Positions 32,341-43,247 of a DNA stretch of 44,797 nucleotides are shown here, in pieces; position 1 is the stretch's first letter, and each line of letters starts with the position of its first letter. The position numbers were made by a program, and so were the translations under genes. Source of the stretch: a virus (taxonomy: Duplodnaviria > Caudoviricetes); the IMG/VR virus record IMGVR_UViG_3300020045_001886, positions 1 through 44,797 of that record; one strand, written 5' to 3'. The notes below the pieces were generated by a model. That model ran no database searches. It saw only the letters and a program-made list of their open reading frames with translations, and was not told where the DNA came from.

Positions 32341-35300
32341 ATGGATTTAGCAGAATTAAAATTCGTAGTTAATACTGACCAACTCAAGACAGCAGCAGAT
32401 AAAATCAAAGAGTTAGGTGATGAAATCACTAAACTACAAGCTCTACAGAAGACTAGCTTAGCTCAAGCCAAGGATGAAGCTCAGGCTGAAAAGGTCAAGG
32501 TAAAAGCTCAGACTGAGTTGATCAACTTAAAAGCTAAATTGGTTCAAGCTGAGACTGATGCTGCTAACGCAAGTACAACCACATCTAGAAGTTCTGATGC
32601 TGTCACTCGTGCATTGCTTAAACAAGCTGACGTATTGAAATTGACTCGTGGGCAATCAATTGAAGCTGCAGATGGACAGATTACGCTAGAGCGGAGCTTC
32701 CGGTCAAGCCAAGTGTCTGCTATAGCTACTTTAAAGGCTCTAGGAGCGACTACAGACCAGATCAGTGCCTTGTCTACTACCTTTAAGGAATTGAACGTAG
32801 CAGCGGGTTTTAACCCCTTGGATAAGATGTCTAGTGGTTTGACTCAACTACGTCAAGAGGTTAAAGAACTATCCTCTGTAGATAAGCTCATGCGTGATGG
32901 TATCAATCTCAGCCGTCAAGTCCTTGTTGGATTGTCTAGAGATATTGAAGCGACTACTGATGCAATGAAAGCTGAAGGTAAATCCTTCGGTGATATTGAC
33001 TCTGCGATAACATCATTGACTTCAGAGTATAAAGCATTAAGCGCACAGAAAGAAATTTCAATACGTCAAAGTAATGAAGCTGCTGCTGCTGCAAAGGCTG
33101 AAGCTAATGCTGCATTGAATCTAGCAGGAGGTAAGCGTCCAGAGCAACCAATGGATAAAGCCAATGCTGAATTCCAACGTGCTAATTCCAGAGCAATGCA
33201 GGATGCTGCTGGTTCTGCTGCTTTCCTTGAGAAGGAACTAAAGCGTGTTGACTTCGTGCTGAATGAAGTAAATTCTGACCTACAATTATCCACAAGTAAC
33301 CGTCTACTGAAGTTCCAAGAGCACTTGACTAAAAGTGGTGTAGTAGGTATTGACGCCTCTCACAAGCTGGATAACTATCGTAAGAGCCTAGAGAAGATTC
33401 AAACCACAAAAGCATTCAAGAAACAAACAGATGATTTAGCTGCTTACCAAGATAAAGTGGACTATGTAACTCGTGCTGTAGGGCCGCAGTTAACTGACAT
33501 TTTCTCAGGTTTACTAACTGGTCAACAATCGCTGTACACAATCGCTGTACAACAGGGTGGTCAACTAGCGGATCAATTCTCATTAGCTGGTATTGAAGCA
33601 GATAAGATGGGTGGTATTCTAGCGAGTGCTTTGCCTAATATGTACAAGAACATCACTAATATTGGTAAAGCCTTTGGTACTATGGCTGTTGGTGGTTTGA
33701 AGAATCTCGGTGAGAGCTTATCTACTGGTACTATTGAACTCTTTGGATACAGTAAAGCAATGCAAGAAGTTAATCTGGCAATGTCAATCAGAGCAGATGC
33801 TGGGGATAAGTTCGCTCAAACAATACTAAAACTAGGATCAGCATTTAAGATACTCGCTGGTGTAATGGCGGTATCTGGTATTGCTGTGTTGATTGCTATG
33901 GGTGTAGCTCTATACCAAGTGATCAAACAACAGGATGCTCTAGCAATTAGCTTAGCAATGAATGGTGCATCCTTGGGTGTATCTCAAGTACAAGCTATCG
34001 GTTATGCTAAGAGCATGAATGATGTTGGTATCAGCACAAGTAAAGCTCTGGATGTTATCGCAGCTATGGCTAAAGAAGGTGGCTTCGTAAAAGAAGAGAT
34101 TAAGCTAGTGACTGAATCTGCAGTAAATATGCAGAAGTACGCTGGTGTTGCTATTGAGGATACAGTTAAAGCATTTGCTAAACTCAAGGAAGATCCAGTT
34201 AAGGCTCTGTCTGAGCTGATCATTGCTACTGGCAATCTCTCACCTGAAGTTGTACGTGCTGTAGCTGAACTGCAGAAACAGGGGCTAATGGCAGAGGCTG
34301 TTGCGCTATCTATGAATGCAATGGCTGCAGCTAATCGCATGAGTACTGACCAAATGAAAGAAGATTTCAATGGTTTTGCTTTATTCATTAAAGACCTCGG
34401 TGCAGGTATAGCTAATTTCTTCTCTGCTGCTTTTAAAGGTATCATGTATAAATCCTCACCTATTGAGGCGTTACGTCAGCAGCTAGCTCAAGTACAAAGA
34501 GATCAATTAGACCTAGCTAATTACGAAGGTAACAAAGGGAATGAAGCTGCTAGATTAAAACTCATAGAAGATAGTATAAAGAAGCAGATAGCTGGAATTA
34601 ATGATCTAGCTGCAACTGAGGCTTCTCGTAGACAAGCTAACTCTGATGATACTAAGTCAATGACAAGAAACTCTGAGATTGAAGCTGGGCTGAACGCTAA
34701 ATTGCTAACGCAGAGTAAGACACAAGTTACCCAACTTGAGTATGTATCTAAAGCAGTACAGAACTATAGAAAAGACCTAAATGGTGCTGCGGAGAGTGCT
34801 GCAGTTCTAGCTAAGGTTGAGCAGGTTGCTAGACAAGAGTGGACTGACTCTCAGAAGAAAGCTCCTGTAGATAAAGTAGCTAAAACGAATGAACGTGCAT
34901 TAGAACGTCTTGCTGATATTAAGAATAAAGCCTTGGGGTTAAACAAGGATTACAATAACTCAGAACGTGACTTAGTGTGGTTGCTTAACCAAGGATTAAT
35001 TGGTACTGTTGAATACAGTGTAGCCCTGTCCGAGTTAAATGATCAACAACCCCGAGCAATTAAACTAGCGGAAGCCTTGAAGCAAGTAGGTGATGCTTGG
35101 AAGAAAACACTAGAAGAACAAGGTAAAAAAGACACAGCGATATTCAAGGACTTTGATGCTGAAGTCCTAAAGCGTAACGAACTCGTACTGCAAACTAAAG
35201 AGATTGAATTTCAAATGAGTCTTCTGGGTAAAACAGAAGAACAACAGAAGAAGTTGACTCAGGAATTCCAGACGCAGACTAAACTCAAGCAAGTTCAAGT

Positions 35301-37578
35301 TCAGCTTGAGAGGGACTTACTGGATATTCAAGAGAAATACGCTGGTGACGCTGGTACTATCAAGAGGTTCAATGATGAAGCGTACATGCGCTCTGCAGAG
35401 AAAATCAAAGCTATTAACGCAGGTGTAGCTCTGCAGTTCGCGCAGGATATGCAGAAGGAATTTGATGCGATTAAAGCGTCAATTACAGATGCTGTTGTAA
35501 CTGCTTTATTTGACGGTGGTAAAGCCGGAAGTAAAAAGCTCAGAGATTCTATTGTGGCTGCTTTCAGGAACAAGATTACTATAACTGTAGATGCTGTAGT
35601 TAACACCGTGATGAACTCAGCTACGAACTCAGTAATGGGTATGTTGATGGGTGGGACTTCTAGTGGTGGCGCTGGCGGTGCACTCGGTGTGGTAAGCGGC
35701 ATCAAGTCCATCTATGATGCTATTTCAGGAGGGTTTGCGAGTATAGGTACAAGTGTAACTGCTGGATTTACTCAGTTTGCTACAAGTGCAGCAGGACAAT
35801 CTATGGGGTTATCTACAGTACAAAGCGGGGTTAACTACGGGTTAACTACAGGCTCATCTTACGCTGCACCTACTGTTCAGATGACCGAGGCTGCTGCAAG
35901 CATGTCCAAATCCGCAGGTGCTATGAGTACAGCTGCTGCTCAATGGGCCGGTGGTATTGCTGTGGGCTCTTTACTTGCTGGTGATAAACAAGTCGGAGGT
36001 GTCAGCGGAACAGGTATGGCAGCAATTGGTGCTGCTGTAGGTACTTATGTTTTCCCTGTTGTTGGTACTTTCTTTGGAGCAGTCATTGGTGGACTTGTAA
36101 ATGCTTTATTCGGTATGAGTGAGAAAGAAGTAAATAGTACAGGACTAACTGGAACATTAAGTGCAACAGGTGGTGCTAACCTTCAAGAGTATGCTAAGTG
36201 GTCACAAGATGGAGGCTGGTTCAGAAGTAATAAAGAAGGTACTGACTACTCGTCGTTATCAAAACCAGCTACGGACTATTTCAACTTAGCACTAACTGCG
36301 ATAACAGCCGAGACTAAAACTTACGCTAATATTCTAGGATTAGCTGCGGACTCAATTAACGGTTACACCAAGAGCATATCTGTGAACCTAAGAGGCGTTA
36401 ATGTAGAGCAGACTCTTACTAATGTTTTGAATGATTTTGGTAACTCAATGGCTGAGACATTGCTCGGTACTTTTGAAACTGCAGTTGTAAGAAGTGGTTG
36501 GATGGGCATAAAAAGTTCTATAGTGACAACATGGAAACCCGGTGAATTCGTCAAAGAAGGTGAAACAGCAGGTACTGCACTGAAGCGCCTAGCTACTAGC
36601 TTAGTTACGGTTAACTCTGTATTTGACACGCTAGAGATTACATTAATGAAAAGTACAATAACAGCAGGTAATGCTGCAAGTACTCTAATCGATGCTTTTG
36701 GTGGTGTAGAGAAATTCGCTGCAAGTATAGATACGTACTTCAAGAACTTCTACAGTAGTACTGAACAATCCAATAAAGCACTAGAGATTGCTACGAAGAC
36801 ATTCGCAGGTATTGGTCTGGTACTACCTCAGACTACCGAAGATATGCGTGCGTGGTACAGAGGTGTAGTTGACAGTGCATTTGCGCTTGATCAAGGTGTT
36901 GTAGCTAACGCGCAATACACAGCGTATCTGTTATCGCTACAAGGAACTGTGAATGACCTAGCACCTACTCTAGATGAAGCCTCAAGTGCAGCAGCAGATA
37001 CAGCTAAGGCTATGGCAGATATGGTACAGGCAATGATTGATAGCGCTAACAAGCTCAATGCTGCTATTGCTGAAGTACGAGGCACTGGTCTATCCCCCAC
37101 TGAACTCGTGAAGAACCAGCAGTACGAATTTGATAAAACCTATTCAATGGCTTTGGCTACAACAGGTGAAACTCGGATTGGTTACGCAGATGAACTAGCA
37201 GCTATTCTACCTGATTTAAGCGCAGCAATCAAAGCTACGTCTAGTTCAAACGCAGAATGGATGGCTAGAACTGCTGCAGCTTTCGGGCAGGCTCAGAACT
37301 TGGCTAATCTAATGAGTACAGGTGCTGGTGCTACGACAGTATCTACTTTGGGTTCAACTACAGCACCTGCAGCCATCAGTACATTGCAAGCTCCAACAGG
37401 TGCTTCTATTGTGATTGATAACTCTGCAGTAGTAACAGCAGTGCAAGCCCTAAACGCTAATATTGATTTATTGCGTATCGAAGTGCAAGCTGATGTTATG
37501 CACAACGCTAAGACTGCTAAGTTACTAGATAGAGTAATTCCAGATGGTCAGAGCGTACAAGTAACTGTTGTGGTCTAA
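32341..37578 (+). CDS. tail tape measure protein
   Basis: 1745 aa, Ala-rich helical; PQLTDI...L..GQ.....AVQQGGQL lambda-type motif; follows the chaperones. Confidence 0.93.
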   Translation: MDLAELKFVVNTDQLKTAADKIKELGDEITKLQALQKTSLAQAKDEAQAEKVKVKAQTELINLKAKLVQAETDAANASTTTSRSSDAVTRALLKQADVLKLTRGQSIEAADGQITLERSFRSSQVSAIATLKALGATTDQISALSTTFKELNVAAGFNPLDKMSSGLTQLRQEVKELSSVDKLMRDGINLSRQVLVGLSRDIEATTDAMKAEGKSFGDIDSAITSLTSEYKALSAQKEISIRQSNEAAAAAKAEANAALNLAGGKRPEQPMDKANAEFQRANSRAMQDAAGSAAFLEKELKRVDFVLNEVNSDLQLSTSNRLLKFQEHLTKSGVVGIDASHKLDNYRKSLEKIQTTKAFKKQTDDLAAYQDKVDYVTRAVGPQLTDIFSGLLTGQQSLYTIAVQQGGQLADQFSLAGIEADKMGGILASALPNMYKNITNIGKAFGTMAVGGLKNLGESLSTGTIELFGYSKAMQEVNLAMSIRADAGDKFAQTILKLGSAFKILAGVMAVSGIAVLIAMGVALYQVIKQQDALAISLAMNGASLGVSQVQAIGYAKSMNDVGISTSKALDVIAAMAKEGGFVKEEIKLVTESAVNMQKYAGVAIEDTVKAFAKLKEDPVKALSELIIATGNLSPEVVRAVAELQKQGLMAEAVALSMNAMAAANRMSTDQMKEDFNGFALFIKDLGAGIANFFSAAFKGIMYKSSPIEALRQQLAQVQRDQLDLANYEGNKGNEAARLKLIEDSIKKQIAGINDLAATEASRRQANSDDTKSMTRNSEIEAGLNAKLLTQSKTQVTQLEYVSKAVQNYRKDLNGAAESAAVLAKVEQVARQEWTDSQKKAPVDKVAKTNERALERLADIKNKALGLNKDYNNSERDLVWLLNQGLIGTVEYSVALSELNDQQPRAIKLAEALKQVGDAWKKTLEEQGKKDTAIFKDFDAEVLKRNELVLQTKEIEFQMSLLGKTEEQQKKLTQEFQTQTKLKQVQVQLERDLLDIQEKYAGDAGTIKRFNDEAYMRSAEKIKAINAGVALQFAQDMQKEFDAIKASITDAVVTALFDGGKAGSKKLRDSIVAAFRNKITITVDAVVNTVMNSATNSVMGMLMGGTSSGGAGGALGVVSGIKSIYDAISGGFASIGTSVTAGFTQFATSAAGQSMGLSTVQSGVNYGLTTGSSYAAPTVQMTEAAASMSKSAGAMSTAAAQWAGGIAVGSLLAGDKQVGGVSGTGMAAIGAAVGTYVFPVVGTFFGAVIGGLVNALFGMSEKEVNSTGLTGTLSATGGANLQEYAKWSQDGGWFRSNKEGTDYSSLSKPATDYFNLALTAITAETKTYANILGLAADSINGYTKSISVNLRGVNVEQTLTNVLNDFGNSMAETLLGTFETAVVRSGWMGIKSSIVTTWKPGEFVKEGETAGTALKRLATSLVTVNSVFDTLEITLMKSTITAGNAASTLIDAFGGVEKFAASIDTYFKNFYSSTEQSNKALEIATKTFAGIGLVLPQTTEDMRAWYRGVVDSAFALDQGVVANAQYTAYLLSLQGTVNDLAPTLDEASSAAADTAKAMADMVQAMIDSANKLNAAIAEVRGTGLSPTELVKNQQYEFDKTYSMALATTGETRIGYADELAAILPDLSAAIKATSSSNAEWMARTAAAFGQAQNLANLMSTGAGATTVSTLGSTTAPAAISTLQAPTGASIVIDNSAVVTAVQALNANIDLLRIEVQADVMHNAKTAKLLDRVIPDGQSVQVTVVV

Positions 37579-37670
37579 CAGCTATTACACTGGACTTAAA
37601 CCTCCAGTGTTTCTTTAAGGTTTATAAGGATACTAATGAAAATAATTATAGATAAAACAAGGAGTGGATT

Positions 37671-39254
37671 ATGCTAGTTCTTAAACCCGCAGTATTCCCT
37701 AGTACAGACGGCACAATAACCCGAGCGAGTACAGCTACTTATGTTAACAGTTCAGGGTTAATTCAAACTGCAGGTATTGATGTAGTACGCTTTACCCATA
37801 ATCCACTTACGCTTAAAAGCGAGGGTGTTCTACTGGAACCAGAAGGTACTAATCTAGCAACGTATTCTGAGCAGTTCTTTGGGAAGACAACAAGTGACGC
37901 AGGTTCTATTGATAACACCACAATAGCTCCAGATGGCTTAATGTCAGCGGATACGTTAGTAATTAACGATTTAAGCGACCCGTACATATCAACAACAGCG
38001 TCGCCAGCAGGGGCTCATGTGCAGAGTGTATTTGTTAAGCAAGGAGGCGCTAACCCCTCCAATGCTGTGCTTTTTAGACCTATTATTTTTGCTTCCTCAG
38101 GTACAATTGATTACGCTATGTACTGGGACTTCAATACTCTGGAGTTCACAGGCAATACTGGACTACATACTGCTCGTGGTTACGTGGATTATGGTAATGG
38201 GTGGTATAGGCTTTGGGTTGCTTTCCCTGCTGTAGTTGGTCAAACATCCATAGACGCCCGTGTAGCCCCTAAAGCTAATGAAATAGGTAACACTTGTATT
38301 GTTTGGGGTCTTCAGGTAGAGAATGGAAGTACACTAACATCATACATTCCTACGACTTCCTCTACAGTAACACGCGCTGCTGATATTGTAACTGGTACGG
38401 GATTACTGTACTCCACAGCAACTGAAGCGTACTCCACGTATTCCTCTGGAACTACTTACGCTACAGGAAACAGAGTTACGTACTTGGGTTCAATCTACGA
38501 GAGTATCCAGAATACTAACCTGAATCACACCCCAAATACATCCCCGGCTTGGTGGGTGCTGGTTGGCCCAGATAATAAACACGCGATGTTCGACCAGCAA
38601 ACAGGTACTGCTACTACTGCAGGTACTTCCTTGACTGTAGTTATAGCCACGGGTACAATAGACTCCTTTGCCTTGATTAACCTCAACGCCGATGTTGTTA
38701 CTATAACAGTACGTGACGGTATAGGTGGAGCTGTTGTATATCAAGAAACCGTGGGGTTGTCTGGAGGTAATGTCCTGTCTTGGTATGATTATTTCTTCCT
38801 TGATCCTTTACTTAAAAGAACCCAAGTAGTGTTCCAAGGTATACCTCCGTACTTTAACTCCCATGTTACTCTTGAATTCACTTCAGCAGTTACTACGTCC
38901 ATTGGTGCAGCAGTATGGGGCAGTATTACAAAACTAGGTAATACTAACTATGGAGCTTCTTCAGGTATTATCGACTACAGCAAGAAAGAAACAGATGAGT
39001 TCGGGGCTATTACGTTCGTTGAACGTCCTTATAGTAAACGCTTGACAGCTTCTGTTAACGTAGAGAACTTCAACCTGAATAAAGTCCAGCAATTACTGTA
39101 CTCAATCAGAGCTAAACCCTGCGTCTGGATTGCATCTGATAATCCAACATACGAAGAGGCACTTGTAGTCTACGGTTTCTACCGGGACTTTAACACAAAT
39201 ATCGGATACCCGAGCTACTGCTTGTGTAGCCTAGAGATTGAGAGTCTAAGCTAG
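37671..39254 (+). CDS. tail tip protein with inserted carbohydrate-binding modules
   Basis: TRASTATY...GVLLE...TNL..YSE...WGLQVE.GS..TSYIPT......RAAD module; TYATGNRVTY.G.IYE..W module; C-terminal GIIDYSKKETDEFG...R.YSKR...VYGFYRDF. Confidence 0.75.
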   Translation: MLVLKPAVFPSTDGTITRASTATYVNSSGLIQTAGIDVVRFTHNPLTLKSEGVLLEPEGTNLATYSEQFFGKTTSDAGSIDNTTIAPDGLMSADTLVINDLSDPYISTTASPAGAHVQSVFVKQGGANPSNAVLFRPIIFASSGTIDYAMYWDFNTLEFTGNTGLHTARGYVDYGNGWYRLWVAFPAVVGQTSIDARVAPKANEIGNTCIVWGLQVENGSTLTSYIPTTSSTVTRAADIVTGTGLLYSTATEAYSTYSSGTTYATGNRVTYLGSIYESIQNTNLNHTPNTSPAWWVLVGPDNKHAMFDQQTGTATTAGTSLTVVIATGTIDSFALINLNADVVTITVRDGIGGAVVYQETVGLSGGNVLSWYDYFFLDPLLKRTQVVFQGIPPYFNSHVTLEFTSAVTTSIGAAVWGSITKLGNTNYGASSGIIDYSKKETDEFGAITFVERPYSKRLTASVNVENFNLNKVQQLLYSIRAKPCVWIASDNPTYEEALVVYGFYRDFNTNIGYPSYCLCSLEIESLS

Positions 39255-39333
39255 GCATTGCCTAGCGTTATAGCTTAAGTTAGTAGAAACTAACATTAAC
39301 CTAAGTCAGAGAATATAATCAATAAGGATAAAT

Positions 39334-40374
39334 ATGACAATTACTGCTTTACCAACACCACCAACAAGACAAGACCCCTCGAACTTCAGTGCAAGAGCTG
39401 ATGCTTTTATGGTAGCACTACCTACGTTCGTAACAGAGACAAATGCTACGGCTGTAGCTGCTGACGCTGACGCTGCTAGTGCATTGGCTAGCAAAATAGA
39501 CGCTGCTGCTAGTGCTACTGCAGCTAATGCTTCTGCTAACGTCACTAAATGGATTTCAGGTACTACTTACAGTGAAGGTGCTGTAGTATGGAGTCCTGTG
39601 AACTTCTTCAGCTATAGACGAAAAGTAGCAGGTGCTGGTAGTACTGATCCAACAGCAGATACTACGAACTGGGCATTAGTATCAGGTGCTGGTAATGTAC
39701 AGACTGATCTTACACAGACTTTGACCAATAAGACACTGAGTTCTACGTGCGTACTACAAGGTAATGCAGCAACTGCTACCAAGTTAAGTGGGGACAGTAC
39801 AAATTGGACTACCTACGGAACAATCGACAATGTGATTGGTCAGCTTGCTTGGAAACTCTACGGTAATAACCATACTATTTTTGACGCATCAGCTGGAACA
39901 TCGCCAAACGGTTCTGCTGTAAATAATACCAACCCCACAGGACAGTGGCAACCTTCCAGACCCACGCTTATGGGGTGGGACGGGACAGCCACATATGGTG
40001 TGAGGGTAGATAGTGCTAGGTACGCTGACACATCATTGGTGTGTACAGGTAATGCAGCTACTGCTACAACCGACAATCAGCATTTTGGTGTAGGTCAGTC
40101 TTGGCAGAATGTGCTTGGTAGTAGAGTATTTGGAACAACTTACACTAATACCACTGGTAGAAGTATTATGGTAATTGCAGGGGTTATGCTATCTGCAGGA
40201 GGTGGTGTTACTTTTAATGTAAACGGGGCAGCTTTAAATTACCGTAAGTGCAATTCAAACGGTACAGGTATAGACTTGCTCCATACTATTGTGGTCCCGC
40301 ATGGGAGTAGTTATTCCGTGGCGCTGGATGGTGGTACTGTTGGGTCGAACTTTTGGTCAGAATTGAGGGCATAA
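39334..40374 (+). CDS. tail fibre / receptor-binding protein
   Basis: ITALPTPPTRQDPSNF..RADAF N-terminus; GNAATAT repeats; GVGQSWQNV...R....TYTNTTGR.I.V C-terminus. Confidence 0.8.
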   Translation: MTITALPTPPTRQDPSNFSARADAFMVALPTFVTETNATAVAADADAASALASKIDAAASATAANASANVTKWISGTTYSEGAVVWSPVNFFSYRRKVAGAGSTDPTADTTNWALVSGAGNVQTDLTQTLTNKTLSSTCVLQGNAATATKLSGDSTNWTTYGTIDNVIGQLAWKLYGNNHTIFDASAGTSPNGSAVNNTNPTGQWQPSRPTLMGWDGTATYGVRVDSARYADTSLVCTGNAATATTDNQHFGVGQSWQNVLGSRVFGTTYTNTTGRSIMVIAGVMLSAGGGVTFNVNGAALNYRKCNSNGTGIDLLHTIVVPHGSSYSVALDGGTVGSNFWSELRA

Positions 40375-40751
40375 TGAAATATTACAAGAAAAATGATAAT
40401 ACAGTCTGGGCATTTGAAACAGACGGTACACAGGATTATCTAATTACAGGAGAGTTCAGTGCTCTCTCCAGTGCAGAACTCGTTGAACATTTAAAGATTA
40501 ACACTGTTACACCTGAATTTAAGAAGTTCACCAGCCTTGATTACTTGGATTTATTCACAGAAGCAGAACAACTCGCTGTAGTCCAAGCTACTATGCAAAA
40601 TGCACAAGTTAAGCTCTGGTACGACAAGATGCTTGCAGCGGGGTATATCACTCTAGATGACCCAAGAACTGAACTAGGCTTAGCTGCTCTAGTACAAGCC
40701 GGGTTACTTCAAGAGTCAAGAAAACTCATTATTCTAGCAGCAATGCAATAG
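40374..40751 (+). CDS. tail fibre-associated (assembly/chaperone-like) protein
   Basis: MKYYK....VWAFE.DG.QD; F.DLFT.AEQ.A....LDDPRT..GL; TAATG-coupled to the fibre gene. Confidence 0.7.
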   Translation: MKYYKKNDNTVWAFETDGTQDYLITGEFSALSSAELVEHLKINTVTPEFKKFTSLDYLDLFTEAEQLAVVQATMQNAQVKLWYDKMLAAGYITLDDPRTELGLAALVQAGLLQESRKLIILAAMQ

Positions 40752-40759
40752 GTGGAAAT

Positions 40760-41119
40760 ATGCTCACTACAACACTTTATGAGGTATTAAGTTACTTCTT
40801 ATACACTCTGGGTTTCTTGTGGTTATTCTGGGGATTCTATGTACAAGTTATGGGACTTTACCGGGTATCTCTCAGAAAAGAACTCAAAGGTATTAATCTA
40901 GCTTTGGCTATTCCTTATGTTCTTGTAGGCATAATCTGCGATGTATTCGCTAATGTATTTATAGCAACATTTGTATTCCTTGAGTTACCAAAGGAGTGCT
41001 TAGTTACTACTAGATTAAAGCGTTACAAGACTTATGAAAGTGGGTACAAACTAAAAGTAGCTACTCTGATTTGCGAAGGTATGCTTGATGTGTTTGATCC
41101 AACAGGCAATCACTGCTGA
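40760..41119 (+). CDS. membrane protein, hypothetical
   Basis: Two hydrophobic segments; LVTTRLKRY...LD.FDP.G.HC C-terminus. Confidence 0.75.
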   Translation: MLTTTLYEVLSYFLYTLGFLWLFWGFYVQVMGLYRVSLRKELKGINLALAIPYVLVGIICDVFANVFIATFVFLELPKECLVTTRLKRYKTYESGYKLKVATLICEGMLDVFDPTGNHC

Positions 41120-41655
41120 TGCTTATGAAGAACGATCTAATTAATAACCTGAGCAAAGCCCTATGGGATTCTGACCTTATAGCTTCAAGAATCTCTTTGG
41201 CTTTATCTGAGTTCTTCTGGGCTGTAATGCTGTTATGGCCCGGAGATACGTTCACTAGACCTACTTACATTCTCATGCAGAAAGTAACTAACGAAGAAGT
41301 ATGGGGCGTCCTGTTCTTGGCTTCAGCAGTAACTCAAATGAGCATTGTCCTGATGGATGATATGCACAGTAAGTTCGCAAGGTACTTCGCGGGGTGGAAT
41401 GCTACGTTGTGGGCTTATGTTGTAACCTCTATGTTAATCTCAGTACAACCACCCCCTGCTGCTATCGGGGGTGAGATTGCATTAGCTCTAATCGCTATAT
41501 GGGTATGGGCTAGACCTAATATTCTAGCTCGTGGAGTTAAGAAAATAGAACAAGGTGAGTTTATAGATAGTGAATGTCCAGATAGCAGGTATCTAGCGTA
41601 CAACGTGCCATTACATAAAGAGAAAATAGAGGTGGCTAATGCAGTACGAGGATGA
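41119..41655 (+). CDS. multi-pass membrane protein (lysis region)
   Basis: About 4 hydrophobic segments. Confidence 0.7.
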   Translation: MLMKNDLINNLSKALWDSDLIASRISLALSEFFWAVMLLWPGDTFTRPTYILMQKVTNEEVWGVLFLASAVTQMSIVLMDDMHSKFARYFAGWNATLWAYVVTSMLISVQPPPAAIGGEIALALIAIWVWARPNILARGVKKIEQGEFIDSECPDSRYLAYNVPLHKEKIEVANAVRG

Positions 41656-42091
41656 GGATCAGCACATTGACTACAGCGACTATTCAAACAGAGTAGACCG
41701 AAGGAATTACAACAGATCAGAAGCTAATACACAGCACCCTAATAGAAGGCACACAGACGGTCATTCTGGACCTTCAGCACCTAGTAAGCACAATCCAAGC
41801 CTGAAGGACATCTACGCTGTTCTAGGGGCTATACAGAAGCAGCTAGACACCATCGAGACTAGGTTGACTACACAGAGTAAAGCATTCACAAGAAATGAAC
41901 TAGGTGAGCCTGATTTCGACGGTCATAGAACATTTCATACAAAGAGTATAGAAGCTGCTGCTGCTCTGCAGAAGTACAAGACTGGGTTAACTAAATCTTT
42001 ACTGGAGTGGATTATGAAGGGTGGTATTGCTGTAATGGGACTGGGACTACTTAGCTTGATAGGTACTAGGCTAGGTGAGTTCATTAAGTAG
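41639..42091 (+). CDS. membrane-anchored protein (lysis region)
   Basis: Hydrophilic N-terminus, short coiled coil, C-terminal hydrophobic helix; GAGG SD. Confidence 0.7.
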   Translation: MQYEDEDQHIDYSDYSNRVDRRNYNRSEANTQHPNRRHTDGHSGPSAPSKHNPSLKDIYAVLGAIQKQLDTIETRLTTQSKAFTRNELGEPDFDGHRTFHTKSIEAAAALQKYKTGLTKSLLEWIMKGGIAVMGLGLLSLIGTRLGEFIK

Positions 42092-42114
42092 ATAGAACAG
42101 AAAAGGAGGCTAGT

Positions 42115-42612
42115 ATGCTAGCATTAATCTCAGGGATTATCACATCCCTTATAACAAATAATCTACCTAATGTAGCTAACGCTGTAGCTGCAAAGGGTTT
42201 GGATTATGTTCAGGATAAACTAGGTATTACGCTAGAACCCCAGATGACACCTGAGAAGATTCTAGAGGTACAAGCTAAGGCTGCAATGCACGAGGAGTTC
42301 ATGACAAAAGAAGCTAACGCTAATACTGCAGATGCCAGAGCAATGAACACAGCTATTCAGACGAGTGCAAGCTCTGGATTTCTTGCACAGAACTCAGCGT
42401 ATATCTTGGATTTTCTCATTGTGTCTGCTGCAGTTATCTGCTCATGGTTAGCTTTCTTTAAGGGTGTACCTCTGGAGAATAAAGAGCTGGTGTACATGGG
42501 CTTGGGTTCGTTATGGACAATGGCTGGTACTGTTGTGAATTTCCACAGAGGTTCTAGCCGTAGCTCTCAGAGTAAAGACCGTGTGATAGATAAGATGACT
42601 GAGAGGTTGTGA
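42115..42612 (+). CDS. putative holin
   Basis: ADARAM...two TM helices...VVNFHRGSSRSSQSKD; directly upstream of the endolysin. Confidence 0.7.
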   Translation: MLALISGIITSLITNNLPNVANAVAAKGLDYVQDKLGITLEPQMTPEKILEVQAKAAMHEEFMTKEANANTADARAMNTAIQTSASSGFLAQNSAYILDFLIVSAAVICSWLAFFKGVPLENKELVYMGLGSLWTMAGTVVNFHRGSSRSSQSKDRVIDKMTERL

Positions 42613-43223
42613 TGCAAACAGGTAATCCACTGACAGAACTACACCTGAAAGCTCTTGGTATAGACCTGAAGTACCTTGATGGTCTTAACCTATGTTTCTC
42701 TAGGTTCAATCTAAATACACCACAGAGACAAGCTGGGTTCATTGGTCAGTGTCAACACGAATCAATGAACTTCACTATTCTTGAGGAGAACCTGAATTAC
42801 TCCAAAGAGGGCTTAGTCAAGACATGGCCTGCTAGATTCAATAAGGACTCAGCAGTAAAGTACCACCGGAATCCTAAGATAATCGGGAGTAAAGTCTATG
42901 CTAACCGTATGGGTAATGCAGATGAAGCATCAGGTGAAGGTTGGCTATATCGCGGTAGAGGCCTCATACAGCTAACAGGAAAGCAGCAGTATATTCTGTG
43001 TGGTTTAGCTCTTGACGTTGATTTTACGGCCCATCCTGACCTTCTAATTGGTGTTCCTTATGCAGTATTAAGCGCAGGCTGGTACTGGGATAATAACACC
43101 TTGAATAGATTCTGTGATATACAGGACTGGAAGGGGTTGACGAAAGCTATTAATGGTGGTTATAACGGACTAGATGATAGGCTAGCTAGGATTAAGAAAG
43201 CATTAGTTGTCCTGAAAGGATAG
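42612..43223 (+). CDS. endolysin, glycoside hydrolase family 19
   Basis: QCQHES, ENLNYS, YANRMGN, YRGRGLIQLTG, SAGWYW and INGGYNGLDDR. Confidence 0.95.
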   Translation: MQTGNPLTELHLKALGIDLKYLDGLNLCFSRFNLNTPQRQAGFIGQCQHESMNFTILEENLNYSKEGLVKTWPARFNKDSAVKYHRNPKIIGSKVYANRMGNADEASGEGWLYRGRGLIQLTGKQQYILCGLALDVDFTAHPDLLIGVPYAVLSAGWYWDNNTLNRFCDIQDWKGLTKAINGGYNGLDDRLARIKKALVVLKG

Positions 43224-43247
43224 ATTGCGCTGATAGTATTGAGAACA

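Noticed and set aside
33066-37505. Several minus-strand ORFs within the tape measure gene (and similar ones in portal, capsid and tail genes)
   Set aside because: Shadow ORFs caused by codon bias of the sense gene
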